Positions 1 to 8,037 of a stretch of DNA of 64,000 nucleotides are shown in pieces. Positions within the stretch are counted from its first letter, which is position 1. Each line of letters starts with the position of its first letter. Made by a program: the position numbers and the translations under genes. The stretch is from Candidatus Nomurabacteria bacterium (GTDB lineage Bacteria > Patescibacteriota > Minisyncoccia > Phycocordibacterales > SBAW01), in contig CALRFF010000002.1 in the NCBI GenBank assembly GCA_943356495.1, positions 99,826 to 163,825 of the forward strand, read 5' to 3'. The notes beneath the pieces are model-generated. The model was not told the origin of the DNA. It made no database searches and saw only the letters and a list, made by a program, of their open reading frames with translations.

Positions 1-1
1 C

Positions 2-154
2 AAAGACAACGGCGCTCCTGGCTATCGCCCGCAGTATCATCCAGGCTACTACGCCGCATTTGTGCTTGACCTTGATGGCTACAACATAGAGGCTGTGTGG
101 GATGACTTGGAAAAGCTAAAAGAAGGTGGATTTATAGCCCCTCATGACCTCTAA
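2..154 (+). CDS. VOC/glyoxalase-family protein, C-terminal fragment (5' end outside window)
   Basis: Frame 2 runs open from the window start to TAA at 152-154. The translation ...YHPGYYAAFVLDLDGYNIEAVWDD... matches the conserved C-terminal beta-strands of VOC/glyoxalase proteins. Confidence 0.45.
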   Translation, partial: KDNGAPGYRPQYHPGYYAAFVLDLDGYNIEAVWDDLEKLKEGGFIAPHDL

Positions 155-935
155 TATTGAAAAAAGCGTCGAGGTTTTTAATGAGACAGTCCAACCCGAA
201 GGTTGGAGTATGAATGTACGTTTGGATTTGAGGGGGAAGATATTTGAGAATGGGGCTAACTATTTAGAGACAAGGAAAGATTTACTTCTCGCAATGTGTC
301 TCAACAATGGCTACTACAAAAGAGAGAATGTATATCGGATGTTGAAGTTTGGGCTTGCTTTTTCAGACCGCGTACAAATTTTTACTACTGACGGCCCCGC
401 TAGACATAACTATCGGGCGCTTGGAAGACCTGAAAACGAAATCATTCGGGACACTCGCCTTGCACGCAATCGCCTCCGCAATCAATGTGTCGAGGGATTA
501 AAAAGGATAAATGATGAACTCGCTTCTGATAAACAAAGGCTGGTTTCGTTCTTAGATTGGGAGGATATTTACGGGGATATGTCTTACAAAGATTCGTACG
601 CTACATTGAAAGATTTATTTGGCACAAATTCTGACTTCCGTGCGGACGTTGAGAAGACCTCTAAAAAGGTTCTTTTAAACCGTATGGGTATAAAAAGAGA
701 TATAGATGCGGCTGTTTCAACAGCTACTGAGTATGTATTAGAAGAACTTGCTTTTATTCTTTCCTACCACTCTCTCAACTCTAAAACCAAACCTATAGCT
801 GACCATGGGCAGAGCTCGTTTAATTATATTTATTACGAGCCATGGTCTGTTTTTGAAAATCTTGTAAATGGGACATACAACGCTCAACCCAAAGAAGGGA
901 TAGGATTTGTTGTTGCACACATCGAGAGTAAATAG
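144..935 (+). CDS. hypothetical protein (263 aa), possible partner of the downstream reverse transcriptase
   Basis: Long ORF in a lower-GC segment with no recognisable motif. Its start overlaps the preceding stop by 11 nt. The RT gene lies 360 nt downstream on the same strand. Confidence 0.5.
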   Translation: MTSNIEKSVEVFNETVQPEGWSMNVRLDLRGKIFENGANYLETRKDLLLAMCLNNGYYKRENVYRMLKFGLAFSDRVQIFTTDGPARHNYRALGRPENEIIRDTRLARNRLRNQCVEGLKRINDELASDKQRLVSFLDWEDIYGDMSYKDSYATLKDLFGTNSDFRADVEKTSKKVLLNRMGIKRDIDAAVSTATEYVLEELAFILSYHSLNSKTKPIADHGQSSFNYIYYEPWSVFENLVNGTYNAQPKEGIGFVVAHIESK

Positions 936-1297
936 GGGGCAAATCGGCTTGACTGTGGGTCTCCTTGTGTGATAATGGACAGTGGCTGAAGAAATAAATA
1001 TCGGGGCGAAGAGGTAAACCTCCAAGTTCCGTCGCTCGGTGCAGTCGTCCTTCGGATGGTGTTGACAAAAACACTATGAAAAGGGATAATTACACCGCAG
1101 CCACGAGTGTTTGGTTTTTCGGAATCAACATTCGGTTCTGCTCGATTAGAGCGCCACCAGTTGGCGACGACATTGGGCATCGAAGGCAAGGTTGTCGCAA
1201 GACGCCTTGCCGACATCGAGACTAAAAGGTAACGCTCGGCGTCTCGTCCTCGAAGAAACGCGCACTCGGCGCGTTTTTTCATTACACTGGTAATCCT
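936..1297 (+). ncRNA. candidate structured noncoding region upstream of the RT (possible RT-associated ncRNA)
   Basis: 362-nt gap with no ORF. It contains imperfect direct repeats (cgctcggtgcagtcgtccttcgg at about 1036 and cgctcggcgtctcgtcctcgaag at about 1227). It ends in a GC hairpin gcgcactcggcgcg followed by a T6 run just before the RT start codon. Confidence 0.25.
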
Positions 1298-2530
1298 ATG
1301 GCTGCTGATAAAAGTATCTTCTCTAAAGAAGCCTTAAAAAAGGCATGGAGGCGTATTTATCGCTCCAAATCAAAACGTAAAAGGAATACTTCTCGTGGTA
1401 TTGACGGGATTACAATTCAACAATTTAAGGACAACGAGGCAGAGTATATAGATACACTCTGGAAAGACTTACAAACAGATTCATTTCGTTTCCAAAAACT
1501 CTACGCCTATCAGCAGAAAAAGCCGGGCAAGAAAAAGCCTCGGTTGATTCAAGCCCCTACAGTAAGAGATCGTGTCGTGTTGTCGGTAATAAATAATTAT
1601 TTAGGACAACGACAGCCTGCCGACTCTTTCCGAGATTTAGGAATAGTCGGTTCAGTGAAAGGTACAACCCCTCGGCGTATTGTACGAGAGGTGCTTTCTT
1701 ACGAGAGTGAGGGATTTATCGCAGTCTTTAAAACTGACATAAAAGATTACTTTCCGTCGGTGGATATACCACGACTCAAACGGATGATGAACTCTCTTCT
1801 AAAGGAAGAGGTCTATTTACGCAAACTTATATTCGACTTTTTAAACATAAATAAAGAGAGAGGGCTTGCCCAAGGGTCGGCTATTTCTCCTCTGTTGGCG
1901 AATATTTACCTACGTGCGTTTGATAAAAAACTAGCCAACCGCAAAGACATCAAGCACTTACGATATGTGGATGACATCATCGTTTTTGCAAAAGAGAAAC
2001 GAAAAGCAAAGGAGGTATATAAACCTATAAAAGTGCAACTGTGGGGTAGAGGTCTCTCTATTCATTCTTTGTCGAGCAGGTCTAAGACGCAAACAGGCAT
2101 GCTCCGTTCTGGTGTCATTGATGTACTCGGCGTACGTTTTACGAAGCAAGGACTAAAAATAAAACAGAGTAAAGTTGATGGTTTTCGTAAAGAGGTAATC
2201 GGTAAGTTAAAGCCAGCAGTAATTCTTAAAGATGGAGACAAGAGTGTGCCTCAAAATCTTCGAGAGTATATTGAAAAACTCAATCATCGTATTAGAGGAT
2301 GGGGTAGTGCGTATGCCCTGTGCGACGAAGAAGAACTCTATACCCAATTGGATACGGAGATCCACGGTCGGCTAAATGCGCTTTTAGATTCCCTTTCAAC
2401 ACCTAGAGGAAAAGGTAGGCCAAGACTATTTCTGGATTCCTCTAAAAGGAAAAAGTTGTTGTTTTCGGTTGCTAAGTTAGAAAGCATCCGTATAAAAGTC
2501 CGCAGTAGCGCCCGATGGATGAGGAAATAG
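1298..2530 (+). CDS. reverse transcriptase, group-II-intron-like / retron-like (not DGR type), with thumb/X-like motif
   Basis: RT motif 0 is RGIDGITIQQF. Motif 2 is PTVRDRVV. Motif 4 is AQGSAISPLLANIYL (QGxxxSP). Motif 5 is RYVDDIIVFA (YxDD). The C-terminal RIRGWGSAY resembles the maturase domain-X RGWxxYY motif. No intron domain V/VI is seen downstream and there is no room upstream for domains I-III. Confidence 0.85.
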   Translation: MAADKSIFSKEALKKAWRRIYRSKSKRKRNTSRGIDGITIQQFKDNEAEYIDTLWKDLQTDSFRFQKLYAYQQKKPGKKKPRLIQAPTVRDRVVLSVINNYLGQRQPADSFRDLGIVGSVKGTTPRRIVREVLSYESEGFIAVFKTDIKDYFPSVDIPRLKRMMNSLLKEEVYLRKLIFDFLNINKERGLAQGSAISPLLANIYLRAFDKKLANRKDIKHLRYVDDIIVFAKEKRKAKEVYKPIKVQLWGRGLSIHSLSSRSKTQTGMLRSGVIDVLGVRFTKQGLKIKQSKVDGFRKEVIGKLKPAVILKDGDKSVPQNLREYIEKLNHRIRGWGSAYALCDEEELYTQLDTEIHGRLNALLDSLSTPRGKGRPRLFLDSSKRKKLLFSVAKLESIRIKVRSSARWMRK

Positions 2531-2533
2531 AAC

Positions 2534-2725
2534 CTAGCGTAGAGATTTATAGATCTCGGTTAGGTCTTTTACCGTAACATAAAACTCAGTACCGTCGCCT
2601 GTAATCTTCTTATCGGCAAGGTCTCTGACCATTTGCCCCATGATTTTCTGCTTTTTCTTTGATAGAGTGGAATATAGGTCGAGGAATCTACACTCTGCCT
2701 TTCGGTCGTTGAAGACCCTTTTCAT
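2534..2725 (-). CDS. small hypothetical protein (63 aa), translationally coupled to the serine recombinase
   Basis: Its start overlaps the recombinase stop by 4 nt on the same strand. The product is charged and basic. Confidence 0.4.
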   Translation of the reverse strand: MKRVFNDRKAECRFLDLYSTLSKKKQKIMGQMVRDLADKKITGDGTEFYVTVKDLTEIYKSLR

Positions 2726-4293
2726 CGGGCGTTAACATCATTAATGTTGTTAACATCCCCAACCATCTTGGCGACTAGACTTTGGGCTTCATAATAGGTT
2801 CTCACTTCGTCCACTACTCGGCACCAGAAGGGAAACTGCAAGTCGGAACCCGACCGCCTCGCGGACTCGGCGGTCAAAGCCCATAGTGTTTTCGGGCTGA
2901 ATTCAAATTGGCGATTTCGCAGAATATGGTTCGCGCCGATGTTTTTCAGAAATGCTGTCATGCCGCGGAAGTCGTTGCGGGAAAGCAGATTCGCGGCTTG
3001 ATTCAAGGACAAAACGAATTCACGAGCCGGTTCGAGCCAAGACACGCCTCTCTGCTCGATGTCGGTGATTTTTTCACCGATTCTCACTTTCTCGTTCACG
3101 AGCAGGTTCTTTTTGGCGGCGTATTCAGCTGTGGATAACGCGTCGTTCAGATATGCGTCCAGCAACTTTTCGAGCTTTGCATCTATATCTGTGACTTGTG
3201 TTTTCAGTTGCTGGACTTCACCTCGTGCTTCTTCTTTCGCCTGTGCCTCATCCTGCTCCAACGCCGCCAAAACCTTCTGCGTGTCTTGGCTCGACAAAGA
3301 AACTTTTTGTAGAAACAATTTGATTTGTTCTGTCAGCGCGGCTTCGCGTACATAATGCTTTTCGGTACATGCGCCTCGTTTCTTGGTACAGCGGTAGTAG
3401 GTGTAGATGCCGCCGTTGCCTTTCGCATATTGGGCGGTGATGGAGGCACCGCACGAGGCGCATTTCATGAGGCCGAGAAACGCGAAGTCGTTTTTGCGAA
3501 CTTCCTGCACCTTGCCGCGCTTGGCTAAAACTTCTTGGCATTTGTCAAAAAGTTTCTTTGTCAGAATCGGTTCGTGAGTTCCCTCAAAAATTTCCGACTT
3601 GAACCGCATAAGGCCGATGTAGAAGGGGTTTTGGAGTAGTTTTTGAACATTGCCCACCACGATTGTTTTGCCTCGGTGTCCCCGCAGGTTGTGCTCCTTG
3701 CACCAATTTGCGAGAGAGTAAAGAGTGTGGGCTCCAGTGGCGTACAGTTCAAAAAGTTTCCTCACTTTCGGTGACTTTTCGGCGTCCACATCAATACCGC
3801 GTGTGTTTGCATTGTTCAAGTACCCCACCGGAGCCCAGCCGGGCCATACGCCGTTTCGTATCTTTTGCCGCAAACCGCGCTTTACGTTCTCTCGCAAATT
3901 GTCAGAGAAGTATTTGGATTGCCCAAAAGCAATGTTCAGCATAAATAGTCCTTGTGGTGTCGGTTCAAACCAAAACGTCGGAAATTTGAGGGAACGAATC
4001 AAGCCGCGATCCACCATGTGGATGATTTTGCCTCCGTCCACGCTATTGCGAGCAAGGCGGTCAGGATGCCACGAGATAATCCCCTCTGCTTTCCCGCTCT
4101 CAATCAATGACAGCATTTCTGCGAATTTCATTCGCCCGGGCTCCTTGGCGGTTTTCGCCTCGCAGAACGAGGCGACAATATCAAATTTTTCTTTGGCGGA
4201 ATACTCTTGCAGCTCTGCGAGCTGCGCTTCAATGCTTAATACCTGCCGGTCATCTTCTTCGGTGGATTTGCGAGCGTAGAGTACATATTTCAT
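2722..4293 (-). CDS. large serine recombinase (resolvase/integrase family)
   Basis: N-terminal MKYVLYARKSTEEDDRQVLSIEAQ matches the YAR-S-T catalytic serine motif of resolvase domains. The recombinase domain, a zinc-ribbon (CASCGAS...YYRC) and a C-terminal coiled coil are present, typical of 500+ aa large serine recombinases. Confidence 0.9.
   Translation of the reverse strand: MKYVLYARKSTEEDDRQVLSIEAQLAELQEYSAKEKFDIVASFCEAKTAKEPGRMKFAEMLSLIESGKAEGIISWHPDRLARNSVDGGKIIHMVDRGLIRSLKFPTFWFEPTPQGLFMLNIAFGQSKYFSDNLRENVKRGLRQKIRNGVWPGWAPVGYLNNANTRGIDVDAEKSPKVRKLFELYATGAHTLYSLANWCKEHNLRGHRGKTIVVGNVQKLLQNPFYIGLMRFKSEIFEGTHEPILTKKLFDKCQEVLAKRGKVQEVRKNDFAFLGLMKCASCGASITAQYAKGNGGIYTYYRCTKKRGACTEKHYVREAALTEQIKLFLQKVSLSSQDTQKVLAALEQDEAQAKEEARGEVQQLKTQVTDIDAKLEKLLDAYLNDALSTAEYAAKKNLLVNEKVRIGEKITDIEQRGVSWLEPAREFVLSLNQAANLLSRNDFRGMTAFLKNIGANHILRNRQFEFSPKTLWALTAESARRSGSDLQFPFWCRVVDEVRTYYEAQSLVAKMVGDVNNINDVNAR
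2821..2921. repeat. IR-A: 101-bp perfect inverted repeat, copy inside the 3' end of the recombinase gene (partner at 4351..4451)
   Basis: The reverse complement of 2821-2921 equals 4351-4451 exactly. The recombinase C-terminal peptide NRQFEFSPKTLWALTAESARRSGSDLQFPFWC is therefore also encoded on the plus strand at 4351-4451. Confidence 0.9.
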
Positions 4294-4350
4294 GGCTTTT
4301 GGTACTTAAGAATTGGGAATAAGGAATGACCAAAAATTATTTTTCCCGAA

Positions 4351-4451
4351 TGCGAAATCGCCAATTTGAATTCAGCCCGAAAACACTATGGGCTTTGACC
4401 GCCGAGTCCGCGAGGCGGTCGGGTTCCGACTTGCAGTTTCCCTTCTGGTGC
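4351..4451. repeat. IR-A': partner of IR-A, abutting IR-B with a shared GTGC junction at 4448-4451
   Basis: Direct sequence comparison with the reverse complement of 2821-2921. Confidence 0.9.
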
Positions 4452-4551
4452 AGAATACTTGCATTAGTGCGAACCAGCCGCGCCGCCGGTGGCGGGGGCG
4501 GCGGCGCGGCGGGCCCCTTGCAAAAAACGCAGGCGGCGCAGCCGCTCCGCT
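4448..4551. repeat. IR-B: 104-bp perfect inverted repeat (partner at 5663..5766)
   Basis: The reverse complement of 5663-5766 equals 4448-4551. The stretch is G/C-rich (ccgccggtggcgggggcggcggcgcggcgggcc). Confidence 0.9.
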
Positions 4552-4690
4552 CGAAAACCGCCAAGGAGCCCGGAAAACATCGGCGCGAACTCATATTCTT
4601 CATAGGAATTCGGGAAAAATAATTTTTGGCCATACAATACTGAAATTAGCTTGTATATACAGGGTATTTTGGCATTTGCCCCAGGCGGGC

Positions 4691-4719
4691 TTGACAGGAT
4701 AGGCAAGGTATGCTATCCT
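4691..4719 (+). promoter_or_regulatory. candidate sigma70 promoter for ORF 4772..5443
   Basis: TTGACA at 4691-4696, a 17-nt spacer, then TATCCT at 4714-4719, about 50 nt upstream of the ORF. Confidence 0.35.
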
Positions 4720-4771
4720 ATACGCAGACGAACCAATCAACCGCGCTGAGGCGCAACCCTAGGAGGGGAAC

Positions 4772-5443
4772 ATGAAAGCTGTATTCTACCGTCATAACGA
4801 AACGTTGGCGGCTCTGGTTGCGAAGGCCAATCCTGATTTCGTCCATGAGTTTCCTGCCGAGATGTCCGTCGAGGACATTAAGCAAGAGCTCCTGACACGA
4901 AAGGCAGTGAAGCCGCTTATGGAACTAGTCTTCCCGCCAGACAATTCTTTCCACGATTGCGAGGTGCATGTGGACGGGACGGTCATGGCAGCCGGGATTG
5001 ACACGGTTCTCTGGCAACCATGTTCGCTTCACCTCATCCGTCAAGACAATGTGGGGGCGTACGATTGGTACGCTACCCGTGTTGCCGAAGCGGCCAATCT
5101 TTCCAGCCGAGTTATTGTGGTCAGCGATAGAATCGCGGACCACAATAGCGAAGCACTTTCTTCTCGAGAGGACTTCAGCCGTTACCAAACGGATGAAACG
5201 TATCGAGCGGAGGTGGAAAACTTGGTCGTCGCAAAATGGGTGGAGCGACTGGCGAAGCATGGAATCACTCCTGAAGTCGTCAACGTCGGCACGTTCCGTG
5301 GAATGCTTCTCTCAGGCGCCGTGGTGGTCTGTGATCATCACAATGGCGATATCTGTGAGCTCGAGGATTCCGTTGGATCAAGGGGAGGAATTTGGTTTAA
5401 TGCCTTCCCTTCATGTGGCGATGACGATTTTCTGGCCATGTAG
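4772..5443 (+). CDS. hypothetical protein (223 aa) lying between IR-B and IR-B'
   Basis: ORF preceded by an AGGAGG ribosome-binding site (ctaggaggggaacATG). No recognisable motif. Confidence 0.5.
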   Translation: MKAVFYRHNETLAALVAKANPDFVHEFPAEMSVEDIKQELLTRKAVKPLMELVFPPDNSFHDCEVHVDGTVMAAGIDTVLWQPCSLHLIRQDNVGAYDWYATRVAEAANLSSRVIVVSDRIADHNSEALSSREDFSRYQTDETYRAEVENLVVAKWVERLAKHGITPEVVNVGTFRGMLLSGAVVVCDHHNGDICELEDSVGSRGGIWFNAFPSCGDDDFLAM

Positions 5444-5662
5444 CTGGATCGGAGCGGGTTGATACCCCGCTTGGCAACAGAAGGTTCGAGTACTCGCAAG
5501 AGGCAGTAGGACCAAAACAATCATCGCGAAGCCACGCCGCGATTCATAAATTGTCTGCAAGCCATCTCTCACGAGGTGGCTTTCTTCTTTTTGTAAAAGA
5601 ACAATGCGGTATGCGCTCCGCGCATTCAAAATTTTTCCGCCAAAGAAAAATCTGATATTGTC

Positions 5663-5766
5663 AGCGGAGCGGCTGCGCCGCCTGCGTTTTTTGCAAGGGG
5701 CCCGCCGCGCCGCCGCCCCCGCCACCGGCGGCGCGGCTGGTTCGCACTAATGCAAGTATTCTGCAC
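5663..5766. repeat. IR-B': partner of IR-B
   Basis: Direct sequence comparison. Confidence 0.9.
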
Positions 5767-5768
5767 AA

Positions 5769-5795
5769 AATAATCCCCGAAAGGGGATTATTTGA
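5769..5795 (+). terminator. rho-independent terminator-like hairpin
   Basis: taatcccc-GAAA-ggggatta stem-loop followed by TTTG. Confidence 0.4.
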
Positions 5796-5817
5796 TGTCT
5801 GCTACAATAGACCCGTC

Positions 5818-6816
5818 ATGAAGTTATTTATCGCGCCAATTATAATTTCGCTGGTGGCGCTCGGCGCCGTGTATCTGTGGGGGGGACTCCCGGCTTTTAT
5901 ACTTGCCGCCCTGCTCTCGGTGCTCGAAATTACGCTCTCGTTTGACAACGCGGTCGTTAACGCCAAAGTGCTCGCACAAATGAGCGAGCGCTGGCAACGC
6001 CGGTTCTTAACGTGGGGCATCTTGGTAGCCGTGTTTGGCACTCGTCTTGTTTTGCCGGCAATTATCGTCGGGCTTGCCGCGTGGATATCGCCGCTTGCGG
6101 CAGCAGCCCTAGCTTTCGAGGATCCGGCGGCGTACGCGCACCTTCTTGAGGCGGCATCGCCCGCCATTAACGCCTTCGGCGGTGTCTTTTTGCTTATGGT
6201 GTCGCTCAAATACTTTTTCGATGTGGGTAAAAAAGTGCACTGGATAGCATGGATAGAGCGCTACTTGGCGCGCTGGGGCAGGGTAGAGGCTATCGAGCTG
6301 GCTATCGCGCTTGCTACGCTGCTCGGGCTTTCGTATCTTGCCGACAATCAGGCGCAGGTACTAGCCGCCGGCACCATAGGCTTGCTTACCTTTGTGGTTA
6401 TGCAGGGCATTACGAGCACGCTCGATTTTAAGGCCGGGCAGGTGGTGGCCGGAGGCGGCGTGCTATTTATATATCTCAACATTTTAGACTCGGCCTTTTC
6501 GCTCGACGGGGTGGTGGGCGCGTTCGCGCTTACTACGCAAATCCCCATTATCTTTGTGGGTCTTGGTATAGGCGCGTACTTCGTCCGCTCCATTACCGTA
6601 TATCTGGTGCGCCGCAAGACGCTCGAGGCCCTGCGTTATCTCGAGCACGGCGCGCATTGGGCGATACTCGGTCTCGGGCTCTCGATGCTGGTGGGTATTA
6701 TTGTCCACGTCCCCGAGGTAATCACCGGTCTTATAGGGTTGGTGTTCGTAACCTTGGCGTATGTGTCATCGCGCCGGGCGATACCCTCGCAAAAAACACT
6801 GGAGTCTTTGGGTTAG
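5818..6816 (+). CDS. TerC/DUF475-like integral membrane protein
   Basis: Multi-pass membrane protein with the LEITLSFDNAVVNA motif, which is the TerC-family LSxDN signature. Confidence 0.55.
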   Translation: MKLFIAPIIISLVALGAVYLWGGLPAFILAALLSVLEITLSFDNAVVNAKVLAQMSERWQRRFLTWGILVAVFGTRLVLPAIIVGLAAWISPLAAAALAFEDPAAYAHLLEAASPAINAFGGVFLLMVSLKYFFDVGKKVHWIAWIERYLARWGRVEAIELAIALATLLGLSYLADNQAQVLAAGTIGLLTFVVMQGITSTLDFKAGQVVAGGGVLFIYLNILDSAFSLDGVVGAFALTTQIPIIFVGLGIGAYFVRSITVYLVRRKTLEALRYLEHGAHWAILGLGLSMLVGIIVHVPEVITGLIGLVFVTLAYVSSRRAIPSQKTLESLG

Positions 6817-6849
6817 AAAAACCGCAGATTCGTGGTATAAAAATGGCAC

Positions 6850-6922
6850 GGTGGCCGTAGCTCAATGGTAGAGTCCTGGTTTGTGGTACCAGTTGTTGTG
6901 GGTTCGAATCCCATCGGCCACC
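6850..6922 (+). tRNA. tRNA-His (anticodon GTG) with encoded G-1
   Basis: Cloverleaf: 7-bp acceptor stem gtggccg/cggccac, D-arm gctc-aatggta-gagt, anticodon stem ctggt/accag with loop ttGTGgt, T-arm gtggg-ttcgaat-cccat. An extra 5' G pairs with discriminator C, which is the tRNA-His hallmark. Confidence 0.8.
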
Positions 6923-6935
6923 CCCTACTATCGGT

Positions 6936-7328
6936 ATGAAAGAATTTTGGTCAGAATTTAAAAGTTTTGCGGTTAAGGGCAACGCCCTCGAGCTTGCGAT
7001 TGCCGTTGTCGTGGGCAACGCGTTTTCCGGCGTGGTTAACTCGCTCGTTGCCGACATTATTACACCGGTTATCGGGCTTGCCACCAACAACGTAGACCTA
7101 AAGACTTTGATGTACGCGCCGCACGCGGGGGTCATTATTAAGTACGGCGCGTTTTTGCAGGCGATGGTGAACTTCCTCATTATTTCACTCTCTATATTTT
7201 TGGTATTTAAATTGCTCTCGATTGCCCGCAAACGGCTTTTTAGGCAGGGAGAAAAAGCGGTACCCCCCGAGCAAAAGCCGGCCCAAGAGCGTCTGCTCGA
7301 AGAAATTCGCGATCTGCTAAAGAAATAA
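6936..7328 (+). CDS. mscL: large-conductance mechanosensitive channel MscL
   Basis: MKEFWSEFKSFAVKGNALELAIAVVVGNAFSGVVNSLVADIITPVIGL matches the MscL N-terminus and TM1 consensus. Length is 130 aa. Confidence 0.9.
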   Translation: MKEFWSEFKSFAVKGNALELAIAVVVGNAFSGVVNSLVADIITPVIGLATNNVDLKTLMYAPHAGVIIKYGAFLQAMVNFLIISLSIFLVFKLLSIARKRLFRQGEKAVPPEQKPAQERLLEEIRDLLKK

Positions 7329-7342
7329 GGTAGAATAAGCGC

Positions 7343-8020
7343 ATGTCCGAGGATACAAAATTTGAGTTTACTACCCCGATGGCGGTAGTGGCGGCCGGCG
7401 TGATTATCGCAGGGGCAATTTTGTACGCCAACACGCAGTCGTCCGCCAATGCTGCGCCGCAAGGGGGTTCGCAGCCGACGGTAGAGGCCCACGTGCAGGC
7501 GCCGAGCGCGGCCGACTACCGCTACGGCTCGGCAAATGCGGAGGTGGTGCTTATCGAGTACTCCGACTTTCAGTGCCCGTACTGCACCATGGTGCATACG
7601 ACACTTAAAGGCCTCGTCGATTCTTCAAACGGCAAAGTGGCGTGGATAATGCGCAACCTGCCGCTTACGCAGATACATCCGCAGGCCAACCCCGCGGCCA
7701 ACGCCGCCGAGTGCATCGGGGAGCAGTTGGGCAGCGCCGGCTGGTGGCGGTATGCCGACGCCGTCTTTGCCAACCCCGACAAACTCAGCGCGCAATACTC
7801 GGCTGAGCTCGCCAAGCAGTTTGGCGCGGACACCGCCAAGTACAATGCCTGCGTTAGCTCGGGTAAATACCAAGCTAAAATAGATGCGCAAACCGCCGAC
7901 GTGCGCGCTTCCGGCGGCAACGGTACGCCCTTTACGGTCGTGTACGGTAAAGGCAAACAGGTGCCGGTGTCGGGGGCGGTGCCGGCGGCTATGTTTCAGT
8001 CGGTAATAGATTCCCTTTAA
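7343..8020 (+). CDS. DsbA-like thiol:disulfide oxidoreductase (thioredoxin fold)
   Basis: N-terminal TM anchor and the CPYC active-site motif (DFQCPYCTMVH). Confidence 0.8.
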   Translation: MSEDTKFEFTTPMAVVAAGVIIAGAILYANTQSSANAAPQGGSQPTVEAHVQAPSAADYRYGSANAEVVLIEYSDFQCPYCTMVHTTLKGLVDSSNGKVAWIMRNLPLTQIHPQANPAANAAECIGEQLGSAGWWRYADAVFANPDKLSAQYSAELAKQFGADTAKYNACVSSGKYQAKIDAQTADVRASGGNGTPFTVVYGKGKQVPVSGAVPAAMFQSVIDSL

Positions 8021-8037
8021 TAGCGTCTGAACTAACT

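Noticed and set aside
1298-2725. First RT considered as a mobile group II intron ORF
   Set aside because: No domain V/VI-like hairpin (AGC triad with GNRA-capped 34-nt stem) in the 190 nt downstream. Only 360 nt separate it from the upstream ORF, too little for domains I-III. Treated as a free-standing or retron-like RT instead.
4470-4520. G/C-rich ggcggggg / cgccgccg runs as a possible CRISPR or tandem array
   Set aside because: Single occurrence per repeat arm, with no regular repeat-spacer periodicity. No CRISPR array detected anywhere in the window.
4326-4633. ORFs 4326-4622 (plus strand) and 4337-4633 (minus strand) as genes
   Set aside because: They are mirror images generated by the near-palindromic IR-A'/IR-B module. 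Both start and end with the same peptides. The ORF at 4326 merely re-reads the duplicated recombinase C-terminus.
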